Assembly (NCBI GenBank): GCA_963779755.1
Contig: CAVZZO010000001.1
Location: 2,048,001-2,112,000 of the forward strand
Direction: 5' to 3'
Source of the DNA: an uncultured Gemmatimonadales bacterium
GTDB lineage: Bacteria > Gemmatimonadota > Gemmatimonadetes > Gemmatimonadales > GWC2-71-9
DNA length: 64,000 nt
The translations under genes and the position numbers were made by a program. Below, one piece after another: positions 48,926-58,291 of the stretch. How positions within the stretch are numbered: position 1 is the stretch's first letter; each line of letters opens with the position of its first letter. The notes under the pieces were generated by a model, which was not told the DNA's origin, searched no databases, and saw nothing but the letters and a program-made list of their open reading frames with translations.

Positions 48926-49666
48926 ATGACCCAGGACCTCCTGCAGCAGATCCGCGTGAACGGCGCCATTCCCGCCCATGTGGCCATCATCATGGACGGG
49001 AACGGCCGCTGGGCCCGCACCCGTGACCTCCCCCGCCCGGCGGGCCATCAGGCCGGCATGGCCGCGGTGCGCGAAGTGGTCGAGGGCAGCCTCGCCGCCG
49101 GCATCGAAGTGCTCACCCTCTTCGCCTTCAGCCAGGAAAACTGGCAGCGGCCGCCGGACGAGATCGACGCCCTCATGGCCCTGCTGGAGGAGTATATCGC
49201 ACGGGAAATGGCCGAGCTGCGCGACCAGGGTGTCACCGTACGCGTCCTGGGCGACATCGAGCGCCTTTCTCCCGGCGCCCGGGGCGCGGTGGACCGCATC
49301 ATGGCCGAGACCGCCCGGGGGGAAAAACTGGCGCTCAATCTCTGCATCTCCTACGGCTCCCGGGCGGAGCTCACCCGCGCCGCTCGGCGACTGGCCGAGC
49401 AGGTGGCACGGGGCGAGCTGGCGCCGGGCGACATCGACGAAGCGGCCGTGAGCCGGGAGCTCTATACCGCGCCCTGGCCCGATCCGGATCTGCTCATCCG
49501 CACCTCGGGCGAGATGCGCATTTCCAATTTTCTCCTCTGGCAATTGGCCTACGCCGAAATCTGGGTGACCCAGGTGCTCTGGCCCGACTTCAACCGGCAG
49601 CATCTCTTCCAGGCCATTCTCGACTTCCAGCGCCGCGACCGGCGGTTCGGACGCGTGCTCACCTGA
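48926..49666 (+). CDS. uppS: Undecaprenyl diphosphate synthase
   Basis: HVAIIMDGNGRWA, FAFSQENWQRP, DLLIRTSGEMRISNFLLWQ, RRFG. Confidence 0.96.
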   Translation: MTQDLLQQIRVNGAIPAHVAIIMDGNGRWARTRDLPRPAGHQAGMAAVREVVEGSLAAGIEVLTLFAFSQENWQRPPDEIDALMALLEEYIAREMAELRDQGVTVRVLGDIERLSPGARGAVDRIMAETARGEKLALNLCISYGSRAELTRAARRLAEQVARGELAPGDIDEAAVSRELYTAPWPDPDLLIRTSGEMRISNFLLWQLAYAEIWVTQVLWPDFNRQHLFQAILDFQRRDRRFGRVLT

Positions 49667-50532
49667 TGGACGCCAATCTGCTGCGGCGGGTGGGGTTCGC
49701 TGTCCTGGCCATCCCGGCGGCGCTCCTGCTCATCTGGTACGGCGGGTGGCCGCTGGTGCTGCTGGTGGCCCTGGCCGGCATGCTGGGCACCCGCGAGCTG
49801 TTCGACCTCGCCCGGCGGCAGCGGATCGAGCCCGCCATGGAGCTGGGCCTTCTCACCGTGCTGGTGTTCGCTCCGGTGGCCTACGTGGCGCTCACCGCCA
49901 TGTACGAGAGCTGGTGGGTGCTGGCGGCCGGTGTCTACGCCGGCGCCGCCTGGCTCATGCTGGTCATGTTCTGGGCGCTCTGGCGCCGCCCCCCGGGCCA
50001 GCACCCCCTCGCCTCCATCGCGGTCACCGTCTTCGGGGTGCTCTACGCCGGGTTGCTGCCCGCCTTCCTCATCATCATTCGCCACAGCGGCTACCGGTTG
50101 CAGTCGCTGCCCGGCGCCTCGCTGGTGGTCTTTCCCCTGGCGGTAACCTGGATCTGCGACACCGCCGCCATGTTCGGCGGACGTGCGCTGGGCGGGGCGA
50201 AGCTGGCCCCGGTGGTGAGCCCGGGCAAGACCTGGTCCGGGACGCTGGTGGGCGTGGCCGCCGGCCTGATCGTCGCCCCGCTCTACCAGGCGCTGGTCTT
50301 CGAACCTCTCGGTCTGCATTTCGCGCTCTGGAAGCTGCTGCTCTGCGCCGGCCTCTGGGCCACGCTGGGCCAGGCGGGAGACCTTGCCGAATCGCTCTTC
50401 AAGCGGGAAGCCGGCGTGAAGGACTCCAGCGCCCTCATCCCCGGCCACGGCGGCGTGCTCGACCGGCTGGATTCCCTCTACGTGGTCATCCCGTTCGCCG
50501 CGCTGCTCTATCGCGTCCTGGGCATTCGCTGA
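49666..50532 (+). CDS. cdsA: Phosphatidate cytidylyltransferase
   Basis: Multi-TM; DTAAMFGG..SPGKTWSG, GDLAESLFKR..KDS..PGHGGVLDRLDS. Confidence 0.95.
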   Translation: MDANLLRRVGFAVLAIPAALLLIWYGGWPLVLLVALAGMLGTRELFDLARRQRIEPAMELGLLTVLVFAPVAYVALTAMYESWWVLAAGVYAGAAWLMLVMFWALWRRPPGQHPLASIAVTVFGVLYAGLLPAFLIIIRHSGYRLQSLPGASLVVFPLAVTWICDTAAMFGGRALGGAKLAPVVSPGKTWSGTLVGVAAGLIVAPLYQALVFEPLGLHFALWKLLLCAGLWATLGQAGDLAESLFKREAGVKDSSALIPGHGGVLDRLDSLYVVIPFAALLYRVLGIR

Positions 50533-50533
50533 C

Positions 50534-51652
50534 ATGAAGGGCGTGGCCATTCTGGGATCCACCGGATCCATCGGGCGGAGCACCCTGGCCGTGCTGGGGC
50601 GGCAGCGCGACCATTTCCGGCTGGTCGCGCTGACGGCCCACCGCAACGCCGAGCTGCTGCGCAGCCAGGCGGCAGAGTGGCGGCCGGCCTTCGTCGGCCT
50701 GGCCGACCCGGCCGCGCAGGGCAACGGCGATGCGCGCCGGGGGCCGGATGTGCTGGTCGAGGCGGTCCGGCATCCCGACGTGGACATCGTCGTCAACGCG
50801 GTGGTGGGCAGCGCCGGCCTGGAGGCGACGCTGGCCGCGCTCCGGGCCGGCAAGCGGGTGGCGCTCGCCAATAAGGAAACGCTGGTGATGGCCGGGGAAC
50901 TGGTGCGGCAGGCCGCCCGGGAGGGCGGGGGCGAGCTCATCCCCGTCGATTCCGAGCACAGCGCGGTGCTGCAATGCCTGGCGGGGAGCGCGACACCCTG
51001 CAGCCGTCTGATTCTCACCGCCTCCGGCGGCCCCTTCCGCGGATGGGACCCGGAGCGGATGGCGCGCGCCACCGTACGGGAAGCGCTCAACCACCCCACC
51101 TGGCAGATGGGCCCCAAGGTGACGGTCGACAGCGCCACCCTGGCCAACAAGGCGCTGGAAGTGATCGAGGCGCATCATCTCTTTGGCCTGGGATACGACG
51201 ATATCGAGGTCGTGGTCCATCCCCAGAGCGTAGTCCACGCGTTCGTGGAGTTCTGCGACGGCAGCGTCATTGCCCAGGTCGGCTTTCCTTCGATGGAGAT
51301 GCCGATTCTCTACGCCCTGACCTATCCCGGCCGGCTGGCCGACCGGGGGCCCCGGCGCTTCGATCCGGTGGCCGCCGGCCCGCTCGAGTTCGAAGCGGTG
51401 CCCGGGACCTTCCGCGCCTTCGCCGCCGGTGTTGCGGCCGGGCGGGCGGGCGGTACCGCGCCGGCGGTGTTCAATGCCGCCAACGAGACGGCGGTCGCTG
51501 AGTTCCTGGCCGGCCGGATCGCCTTCGGCCGTATTGCGGAGGCGGTGGAACGCGTGGTGCAGGAACACGTGCCCCGGCCCTCCCCCGACCTGGCCACGAT
51601 TCGCGAGGCCGATACCTGGGCCCGGCGCCGGGCGCTGGAGGTGTTGCAGTGA
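50534..51652 (+). CDS. dxr: 1-deoxy-D-xylulose 5-phosphate reductoisomerase
   Basis: LGSTGSIG, LANKETLV, PVDSEHSA, TASGGPF, HPTWQMGPKVTVDSA, NAANE. Confidence 0.96.
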   Translation: MKGVAILGSTGSIGRSTLAVLGRQRDHFRLVALTAHRNAELLRSQAAEWRPAFVGLADPAAQGNGDARRGPDVLVEAVRHPDVDIVVNAVVGSAGLEATLAALRAGKRVALANKETLVMAGELVRQAAREGGGELIPVDSEHSAVLQCLAGSATPCSRLILTASGGPFRGWDPERMARATVREALNHPTWQMGPKVTVDSATLANKALEVIEAHHLFGLGYDDIEVVVHPQSVVHAFVEFCDGSVIAQVGFPSMEMPILYALTYPGRLADRGPRRFDPVAAGPLEFEAVPGTFRAFAAGVAAGRAGGTAPAVFNAANETAVAEFLAGRIAFGRIAEAVERVVQEHVPRPSPDLATIREADTWARRRALEVLQ

Positions 51653-53016
51653 ATATCGAGGCGGTGCTGATTGCGCTCGGCGCGCTGGCCATCGTGCTGG
51701 GGGTGCTGGTGTTCGTCCACGAGCTGGGGCATTTCGTTGCCGCCAAGATCGCCGGCATCTACGTCCACCGGTTTTCGCTGGGCATGGGCAGCCCGGTCCG
51801 CTGGCTCACCACCCGGCGGGGAGAGACGGAGTACTCCATCTCCTGGCTGCCGCTGGGCGGCTACGTCAAGATGGCGAGCAGCGCCGAGGATTCGGCCAGC
51901 AGCATGCTGGAGGGCGGCCAGGCGGCCACCCCGGTGCCGCCCGGCCGGGTCTTCGAGGCAAAACCGGTCTGGGTGCGGATGATCGTGATCCTGGCCGGCG
52001 TCACCATGAATGTCCTCTTCGCCTGGGGCGCCTATACCTACCTGGCGGCCCGGCACGGCGAGGAGATCCTGCTGACCACGCGGGTGGGGCAGATCGTCCC
52101 CGGGGTCCTGCCTCCGGAGGCGCAGGCGGTAGAGCACCTGCAGCCCGGGCAGCGGATCACCGCCGTGAACGGAACGCCGGTCGCCAACTGGAACGAGGTG
52201 GTGGACGGGCTGCTCAACGCGCCCGGCGATTCGCTGGCCATTTCTCTGGAAGGCCGCGCTCCGCTGATTCTGCCCATTCCCGCCGTCGCGGTGGACAGCC
52301 GCATGCGCATCCGCCTCGCGGTGCAGCCCTTCATTCCCGCGGTAGTGGGGCAGGTGCTGCCCAACTCGGCGGCGGCAGCGGCGGGCATCGAGGTGGGCGA
52401 CAGCATCGTGAAGATCGGGGGGCAGCCCATCACCGAGTGGTACGATCTGGTCGATCAGATCGAGCCCGGCGCCGGCCAGGCAATCCCGGTCGAACTGGTG
52501 CGCCAGGGCCGGCCGCTCAGCCTGGTGGTCACCCCTCGCGCGGAGCCGGGGCCGGACGGGAAGGACGTGGGCAAGATCGGCGTGGGCGTCCGGCGCGAGG
52601 TGCGCCACCGGTCGTATTCGCTGGGCGAGGCGTTCGGGGTCGGCTTCGACTCTACCGTGGCGGCGTCCACCCAGCTGCTGCGCGGTATCCGCGGAATGAT
52701 CGGCGGCCAGGTCTCGCGCCGCTCGCTGGGCGGCCCGATCCTCATCGGCCAGCTGGCGGGGCAGAGCATTCAGCTGGGACTGGATGTGTTCCTCTCGTTC
52801 ATGGCGCTCATCTCGGTGAACCTGGCGGTGCTCAACCTGCTGCCGATCCCCGTGCTGGATGGCGGCCAGTTCCTGTTCCTGCTGGCCGAGGCGGCCATCC
52901 GCCGCCCGCTGTCGCTGCGGTTGCGCGAACGGCTGACGGCGGTGGGGCTGGTGGTCATCGTGCTGCTCATGGTCTTCGTATTTTCCAATGACATTCTGAG
53001 GCTGTTCGGGATCTGA
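51649..53016 (+). CDS. rseP: RIP metalloprotease RseP (two PDZ domains)
   Basis: HELGH, PLGGYVKM, AGVTMN, GGPI, NLLPIPVLDGG. Confidence 0.95.
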   Translation: MNIEAVLIALGALAIVLGVLVFVHELGHFVAAKIAGIYVHRFSLGMGSPVRWLTTRRGETEYSISWLPLGGYVKMASSAEDSASSMLEGGQAATPVPPGRVFEAKPVWVRMIVILAGVTMNVLFAWGAYTYLAARHGEEILLTTRVGQIVPGVLPPEAQAVEHLQPGQRITAVNGTPVANWNEVVDGLLNAPGDSLAISLEGRAPLILPIPAVAVDSRMRIRLAVQPFIPAVVGQVLPNSAAAAAGIEVGDSIVKIGGQPITEWYDLVDQIEPGAGQAIPVELVRQGRPLSLVVTPRAEPGPDGKDVGKIGVGVRREVRHRSYSLGEAFGVGFDSTVAASTQLLRGIRGMIGGQVSRRSLGGPILIGQLAGQSIQLGLDVFLSFMALISVNLAVLNLLPIPVLDGGQFLFLLAEAAIRRPLSLRLRERLTAVGLVVIVLLMVFVFSNDILRLFGI

Positions 53017-53088
53017 GCAGGACGGCAGGACGGCAGGACGGCAGGACGGCAAGATTTCCCGTTTCCGCTTCCCATTTCCCTTTTCCCG
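53017..53088. repeat. Composite tandem array: (GCAGGACG)x4 then about five TTCCC-type heptamers
   Basis: Four perfect octamers at 53017-53048 directly after the rseP stop, then TTTCCCG TTTCCGC TTCCCAT TTCCCTT TTCCC. Confidence 0.8.
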
Positions 53089-53097
53089 GCGAGTACG

Positions 53098-54735
53098 ATG
53101 CGGCGTGCGCTCATACTCCTGTTGGTCACTGCGGCTCCGTTGGCCGCTCAGACACCCGCCACGGTTCCTGAGCGCACCAACTACCAGCGCACCTCCACCA
53201 CGGCCGAGGTCGGGGCATTCCTCGACAGTCTGCAGACTATGGGGGCTCCGATCACTCTCGGTACCATGGGGCATTCGGCGGGCGGCAAGCCCCTGTATCT
53301 GGTGATCGCCTCCGAGCCGCGGATCACCAGCCCGGCCGAGGCCGCCGCGTCCGGGAAGCTGGTGGTCTACCTGCAGGCGAACATCCACGGCGGCGAGGTG
53401 GAAGGGAAGGAGGCGGTGCAGCAGATCCTGCGCGAGCTCATGGGCCCGCGCCGCTCGCTGCTGGAGAAGCTGATTATTCTGGTGGCTCCGGTCTACAACG
53501 CCGACGGGAACGATGCGCTGGGGCCGCAGGAACGGAATCGTTCGGAGCAGAACGGTCCGCCGCTGGTGGGCCAGCGGCCCGATGGGCTCAACCTCGATCT
53601 CAACCGGGACTATCTGAAGGCGGAGGCGCCCGAGACGCAGGCCTCGCTGGCGGCGATCTACGACACCTGGGATCCCGCACTGATGATGGACCTGCACACC
53701 ACCGACGGCACGCTGCACGGGTATCTGCTGACCTACTCGCCGCCGCTCGATCCCAACGGGCCCGGGGGCCCCACCGCGTTCGTTCGCGACAGTCTGTTGC
53801 CGTCGGTGCGGAAGACCCTGCAGGACCGGCATCATGAGCCGGTCTTCGACTACGGTAACGTCGAGAACCCGATGGAGCCCAAGGCGTGGACCACCTACGC
53901 GCCGCTGGGCTGGTACGGGACCAACTACGTAGGGCTGCGCGGGCGCATGGCGGTGCTGAGCGAGGCCTATTCCCACGCCGATTTCGCCACGCGCGTCCGG
54001 GTGACGCACGATTTCACGGTGGCCATTCTGGAGTATGCCGCGGCCCATGCCGGCGAGATCCGGGACATCGAGCGCGCCGCCGACCGGCAGACCACGCTGG
54101 AGGGTACGGCCACCGTTCGGCCGGCCCTGGCGGTAGAGTACCAGCCGGCCTCGCGCGGCAGCAACGAGCCCATTCCCCTGGAGATCGTCCGCCCGACGGG
54201 CGATACCGGCGTGGAAGGGCCGCGTTACCAGGGAACGGGCAAGCTGCACACCGTCTCGCTTCCGGTGTACGATCGCTTCCGCGCGAAAGAAACGCGGCCG
54301 CTGCCGGCGGGATACTTTCTCCCGGCCTCGCTCCGGGGCATCGTGGACAAGCTGCGCCTGCACGGCATCCAGGTACAACAGCTGCGGCAGGCGTTGACCG
54401 ACACGGTGGAGGCAGTGCATCCCGATAGCCTGCGCTGGAGCCCGCGGGAGTTTCAGGGGCACCACCTGCTCTCCATCCGTGCCAGCTACGCGCGCGAGGC
54501 GCGAACCTTCCCGGCCGGCACCTGGTATGTCCCCACCGGGCAGCCGCTGGGCCGGCTGGTGTTTACGCTGCTCGAGCCCGAGGGCTACGGCCTCTGGGCC
54601 TGGGGCGACTTCGACCGGATGCTGGGCTCGGAGGTCGGCGCGCTGTCGGGGCTGGTGTACGGGTCGTCCCGTGTGGGGGAGCTGCCGATCTGGCGGGCGC
54701 TCAGGGAGCCGAAGAGTGTGATGCGGACTGAGTAG
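53098..54735 (+). CDS. Secreted zinc carboxypeptidase, M14 family
   Basis: Signal peptide (..AAPLAAQ); HGGEVEGKE, YNADG, DLNRD, DLH. Confidence 0.85.
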   Translation: MRRALILLLVTAAPLAAQTPATVPERTNYQRTSTTAEVGAFLDSLQTMGAPITLGTMGHSAGGKPLYLVIASEPRITSPAEAAASGKLVVYLQANIHGGEVEGKEAVQQILRELMGPRRSLLEKLIILVAPVYNADGNDALGPQERNRSEQNGPPLVGQRPDGLNLDLNRDYLKAEAPETQASLAAIYDTWDPALMMDLHTTDGTLHGYLLTYSPPLDPNGPGGPTAFVRDSLLPSVRKTLQDRHHEPVFDYGNVENPMEPKAWTTYAPLGWYGTNYVGLRGRMAVLSEAYSHADFATRVRVTHDFTVAILEYAAAHAGEIRDIERAADRQTTLEGTATVRPALAVEYQPASRGSNEPIPLEIVRPTGDTGVEGPRYQGTGKLHTVSLPVYDRFRAKETRPLPAGYFLPASLRGIVDKLRLHGIQVQQLRQALTDTVEAVHPDSLRWSPREFQGHHLLSIRASYAREARTFPAGTWYVPTGQPLGRLVFTLLEPEGYGLWAWGDFDRMLGSEVGALSGLVYGSSRVGELPIWRALREPKSVMRTE

Positions 54736-54820
54736 GGTCGAAGGTCAAACTCCGGGAGTTTCCACCACGCCGATGGGGAACCCTCCCGGACTTCGACCTT
54801 CGACCTTTGACCTTCGACCT
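54735..54820. repeat. Inverted array of heptamer repeats with internal hairpin
   Basis: GGGTCGA AGGTCAA ..TCCGGGAG..CTCCCGGA.. TCGACCT TCGACCT TTGACCT TCGACCT; fills the gap between two convergent TAG stops. Confidence 0.8.
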
Positions 54821-55747
54821 CTATTTCCGGAATCTTCGCCACCAAGGGCGCTTCTCCTCCGGGGCCGGCGGGGTGCGAGACTCGGCCGTCACCCAGCCCG
54901 CCGGGAGGCTGATGTCACTGGTACGCCGGTGGGAGGGATGCTCCAGGTCTTCCAGCAGCGCCTGGGCGTCGGGGTAGCGGTCGTCCGGGTGCTTGGCCAG
55001 CAGCTTGAGGATGATCCGCTCCAGCCGCCGGGTCAGTTCCGGCCGGCGGCTGCGCGGCGGCTCGGGCCGGGTCTCCACGTGCATCCGGGCCAGCTCGAAC
55101 CAGTCCTGGGAGCGGAACGGCAACTCGCCGGTGGCGGCCTGGTAGAGGGTGATCCCCAGGGAATAGAGATCCGACCGGCCGTCGAGCGTGCGTCCCTGGG
55201 CCTGTTCAGGGCTGATGTAGCTGGGCGTGCCGATGGTCGTGCTGTAACCGGTAGCGGCGGCATAGCCGTTGATGGCCCGCGCCAGCCCGAAGTCGGTCAG
55301 GACGGCAGTTCCGTCCGCCGCCAGCAGCACATTGTCGAGCTTGATATCGCGATGCACAATGCCGCTGTCGTGTGCGAAGGCCAGCGCCCGGGCCACGTCG
55401 GCTCCCATCCGGAGCACGTCGGCCTCGGGCAGCGCCCCCCCGCGGCCCAGCCGGGCGGCCAGGGTATCGGGGTAGAGGTCCATGGCGAAGAAGACCCGGT
55501 CGCCGCTGCGGCCGACCTCCTCGATATGGACGATGTGGGGATGGCGGAGCTGGGCGGCCAGCTCGGATTCCTGGAGGAAGCGCTGCCGGAAGGCGTTGTC
55601 GATCCCGAACCGCGGCTTCAAGAGCTTGACGGCAAAGGAGTTACCGTCATCGCGCGAGGCGGCGAAGACCCAGGCAAAGCCCCCCTGGCCGAGCAGGCGG
55701 TCGAGGGTGTAGCGGCCCAGTACCATGCCGGCGTCGGGCAAGTTCAC
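54821..55747 (-). CDS. Hanks-type Ser/Thr protein kinase (cytoplasmic)
   Basis: LGQGGFAWV, AVK, HRDIKLDN, TDFGLA, GTPSYISPEQ, SDLYSLG. Confidence 0.93.
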   Translation of the reverse strand: MNLPDAGMVLGRYTLDRLLGQGGFAWVFAASRDDGNSFAVKLLKPRFGIDNAFRQRFLQESELAAQLRHPHIVHIEEVGRSGDRVFFAMDLYPDTLAARLGRGGALPEADVLRMGADVARALAFAHDSGIVHRDIKLDNVLLAADGTAVLTDFGLARAINGYAAATGYSTTIGTPSYISPEQAQGRTLDGRSDLYSLGITLYQAATGELPFRSQDWFELARMHVETRPEPPRSRRPELTRRLERIILKLLAKHPDDRYPDAQALLEDLEHPSHRRTSDISLPAGWVTAESRTPPAPEEKRPWWRRFRK

Positions 55748-55852
55748 AGACGGCCCCCGGGTTGCTTGGGGTAAAGATCCCCGTTAATTTTAAATGCTGT
55801 GAAAGAGTGGTGATAAGTGATGCTCGCGCAACTAGATGAGGATACAGCAAGA

Positions 55853-56113
55853 ATGAGTATTGACAAGCAGGCCGTGATGGAGCGTCACGGCGCACATGAA
55901 GGCGACACCGGCTCGGCCAAGGTACAGGTCGCCCTGCTCACCGAGCGGATCAACTACCTCACCGACCATTTTCGCACGCATCCCAAGGATCACCACAGCC
56001 GGCGCGGGCTCCTCAAGATGGTCGGCCGCCGCCGGCGGCTCCTGACCTACCTGCGGCGGAGCGATCTGGGAACCTACCGCGCGCTCATCGAGCAGCTGGG
56101 TCTCCGCCATTAA
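55853..56113 (+). CDS. rpsO: 30S ribosomal protein S15
   Basis: [36 protein letters not shown]. Confidence 0.97.
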   Translation: MSIDKQAVMERHGAHEGDTGSAKVQVALLTERINYLTDHFRTHPKDHHSRRGLLKMVGRRRRLLTYLRRSDLGTYRALIEQLGLRH

Positions 56114-56203
56114 TCTGATGCAGCCTCCGACGGGCGCCCCTCATGTTCCCCTGGGGCGCCCGTGTCGTATTGGTGTCTCCTGAAACTCGCAAAGGCCGAA
56201 ATC

Positions 56204-58285
56204 GTGCAACGGATCGAAACGCAGTTCGCCGGACGCAATCTGGTCATTGAATCGGGCCGCCTGGCCAAACAGGCCGCCGGCTCCGCCCTGGTTCGCTTCG
56301 GCGATACGGTCGTGCTGGCGGCGGTGACCGTCTCCCAGAACACCTCGGTGCTCCCCTTCTTTCCCCTCACCGTCGAATATCGCGAGAAGACCTACGCCGC
56401 GGGCAAGATCCCGGGCGGGTTCCTCAAGCGCGAAGGGCGCCCGTCGGACGAGGAAATCCTCTCCGCCCGGGTGATCGACCGGTCCATCCGGCCGCTCTTC
56501 CCCGAGGGGTTCAAGAACGAGGTGCAGGTGTTCTGCACCGTGATGTCGGCCGACCAGGAAAACGATGCGGACGTCGTGGCGGCGCTGGCGGCCTCCACCG
56601 CGCTGAGCCTCTCGACGGTGCCGTGGAACGGCCCCATTGCGGCGGTGCGGGTGGGCCGGGTGGAGGGCAACTGGATCCTGAACCCCACCTTCCAGCAGCT
56701 CGAGTTCAGCACGCTCGATCTCATCGTGACCGGCACCGCCGACAGCATCATCATGGTCGAGGGCGGCTCGCTGGAGATCAGCGAAGCGGAAATGATCGAA
56801 GCCCTCAAGGTAGCGCAGAAGGGCCTCAAGGAGCTGATCGGCCACCAGCAGACCCTGCTCAAGAAGATGCCCCCCGCCAAGCTGGAGTGGACCCGTCCCG
56901 CGCCCTCGGCCGAGGTGGTGGAGAAGGTGCGCCAGATGGGCGAGAAGGCCATGGCCCAGGCCATCAACGCCAAGGACAAGGCGGGGCGGGCGGACGCGGT
57001 GCGCGCCCTGCGCAAGGACATCGTCACGCAGTTGAGCGAGCAGTACCCCGAAAATCTCCGGGACATCACCGGCGAGCTGGAAGAGATCGAATACCGCACC
57101 ATGCGGGCCCAGGTGCTGGACAAGGCCGAGCGGGTGGACGGGCGCGATCTCGATACCATCCGGCCCATCAGCATCGAAGCCGGCCTGCTGCCGCGAGCCC
57201 ATGGCTCCGCCCTGTTCACCCGGGGCCAGACCCAGGCGATGGTGGCCGTCACGCTGGGCACCATGGACGACGAGCAGCGGATCGACAGCATCGATGTGGC
57301 GGGCGAGACCACCAAGTCGTTCATGCTGCACTACAACTTTCCGCCCTACTCCACCGGCGAGGTCCGGCCCATCCGCGGCACCAGCCGGCGGGAGATCGGC
57401 CACGGGGCACTGGCGGAGCGCGCGCTGCAGCCGCTCTTGCCCGACTATGACAAGTTTCCCTACACCCTGCGCGTGGTTTCCGAGATCCTGGAGTCCAACG
57501 GCTCCAGCTCGATGGCCACCGTCTGCGGCGGCTCGCTGGCCCTGATGGACGCGGGCGTGCCGATGAAGTCTCCCTGCGCCGGCGTGGCCATGGGGCTCAT
57601 CAAGGAAGGGAAGAAGGTCGCGATCCTGACCGACATCCTGGGCTCGGAAGACCACCTGGGCGACATGGACTTCAAGGTGGCCGGGACGCGCAACGGCATT
57701 ACCTCCATCCAGATGGACATCAAGATCGAAGGCATGGATCTGTCCATCATGGAGGAGGCCATGGAGAAGGCGCGCAAGGGCCGCCTCTTCATTCTGGACC
57801 AGATGGAAAAGGCCGTGCCCGGCCCCAGGGCCGATCTCTCCCCCTATGCGCCGCGCATCATCACGGTGCAGATCAAGCCCGACCGGATCGGCGACATCAT
57901 CGGCCCCAAGGGCAAGACCATCCGCGGCATCCAGGACCAGACCGGCGCCCGCATCAACGTCGACGACAGCGGGGTGGTGACCATCTCCGCGGTGGGCGGC
58001 GAAGCCGGCGCCCGGGCCAAGGAGATGATCCTGGCCCTGGTGGAAGAGCCCGAGGTGGGCAAGACCTACGAAGGCCCGGTCAAGAGCACCACCGCGTTCG
58101 GCGCCTTCGTGGAGATCATGCCGGGCGTCGAGGGGTTGCTGCATATCAGCGAGCTGCAGCACGGCCGCACCGAGAAGACCGAAGACGTCGTCAAGAAGGG
58201 CGATGTCGTGAAGGTCAAGCTCATCGAGGTGGATGAGCGCGGGCGCATGCGGCTGTCCCGGAAAGCGCTGCTGTCCAAGGAGTAA
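56204..58285 (+). CDS. pnp: Polyribonucleotide nucleotidyltransferase
   Basis: FFPLTVEYRE..GKIPGGF.KREG, RRE.GHG, ESNGSSSMA, GDMDFKVAG, KH and S1 domains; follows rpsO. Confidence 0.97.
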   Translation: MQRIETQFAGRNLVIESGRLAKQAAGSALVRFGDTVVLAAVTVSQNTSVLPFFPLTVEYREKTYAAGKIPGGFLKREGRPSDEEILSARVIDRSIRPLFPEGFKNEVQVFCTVMSADQENDADVVAALAASTALSLSTVPWNGPIAAVRVGRVEGNWILNPTFQQLEFSTLDLIVTGTADSIIMVEGGSLEISEAEMIEALKVAQKGLKELIGHQQTLLKKMPPAKLEWTRPAPSAEVVEKVRQMGEKAMAQAINAKDKAGRADAVRALRKDIVTQLSEQYPENLRDITGELEEIEYRTMRAQVLDKAERVDGRDLDTIRPISIEAGLLPRAHGSALFTRGQTQAMVAVTLGTMDDEQRIDSIDVAGETTKSFMLHYNFPPYSTGEVRPIRGTSRREIGHGALAERALQPLLPDYDKFPYTLRVVSEILESNGSSSMATVCGGSLALMDAGVPMKSPCAGVAMGLIKEGKKVAILTDILGSEDHLGDMDFKVAGTRNGITSIQMDIKIEGMDLSIMEEAMEKARKGRLFILDQMEKAVPGPRADLSPYAPRIITVQIKPDRIGDIIGPKGKTIRGIQDQTGARINVDDSGVVTISAVGGEAGARAKEMILALVEEPEVGKTYEGPVKSTTAFGAFVEIMPGVEGLLHISELQHGRTEKTEDVVKKGDVVKVKLIEVDERGRMRLSRKALLSKE

Positions 58286-58291
58286 CTCGCC

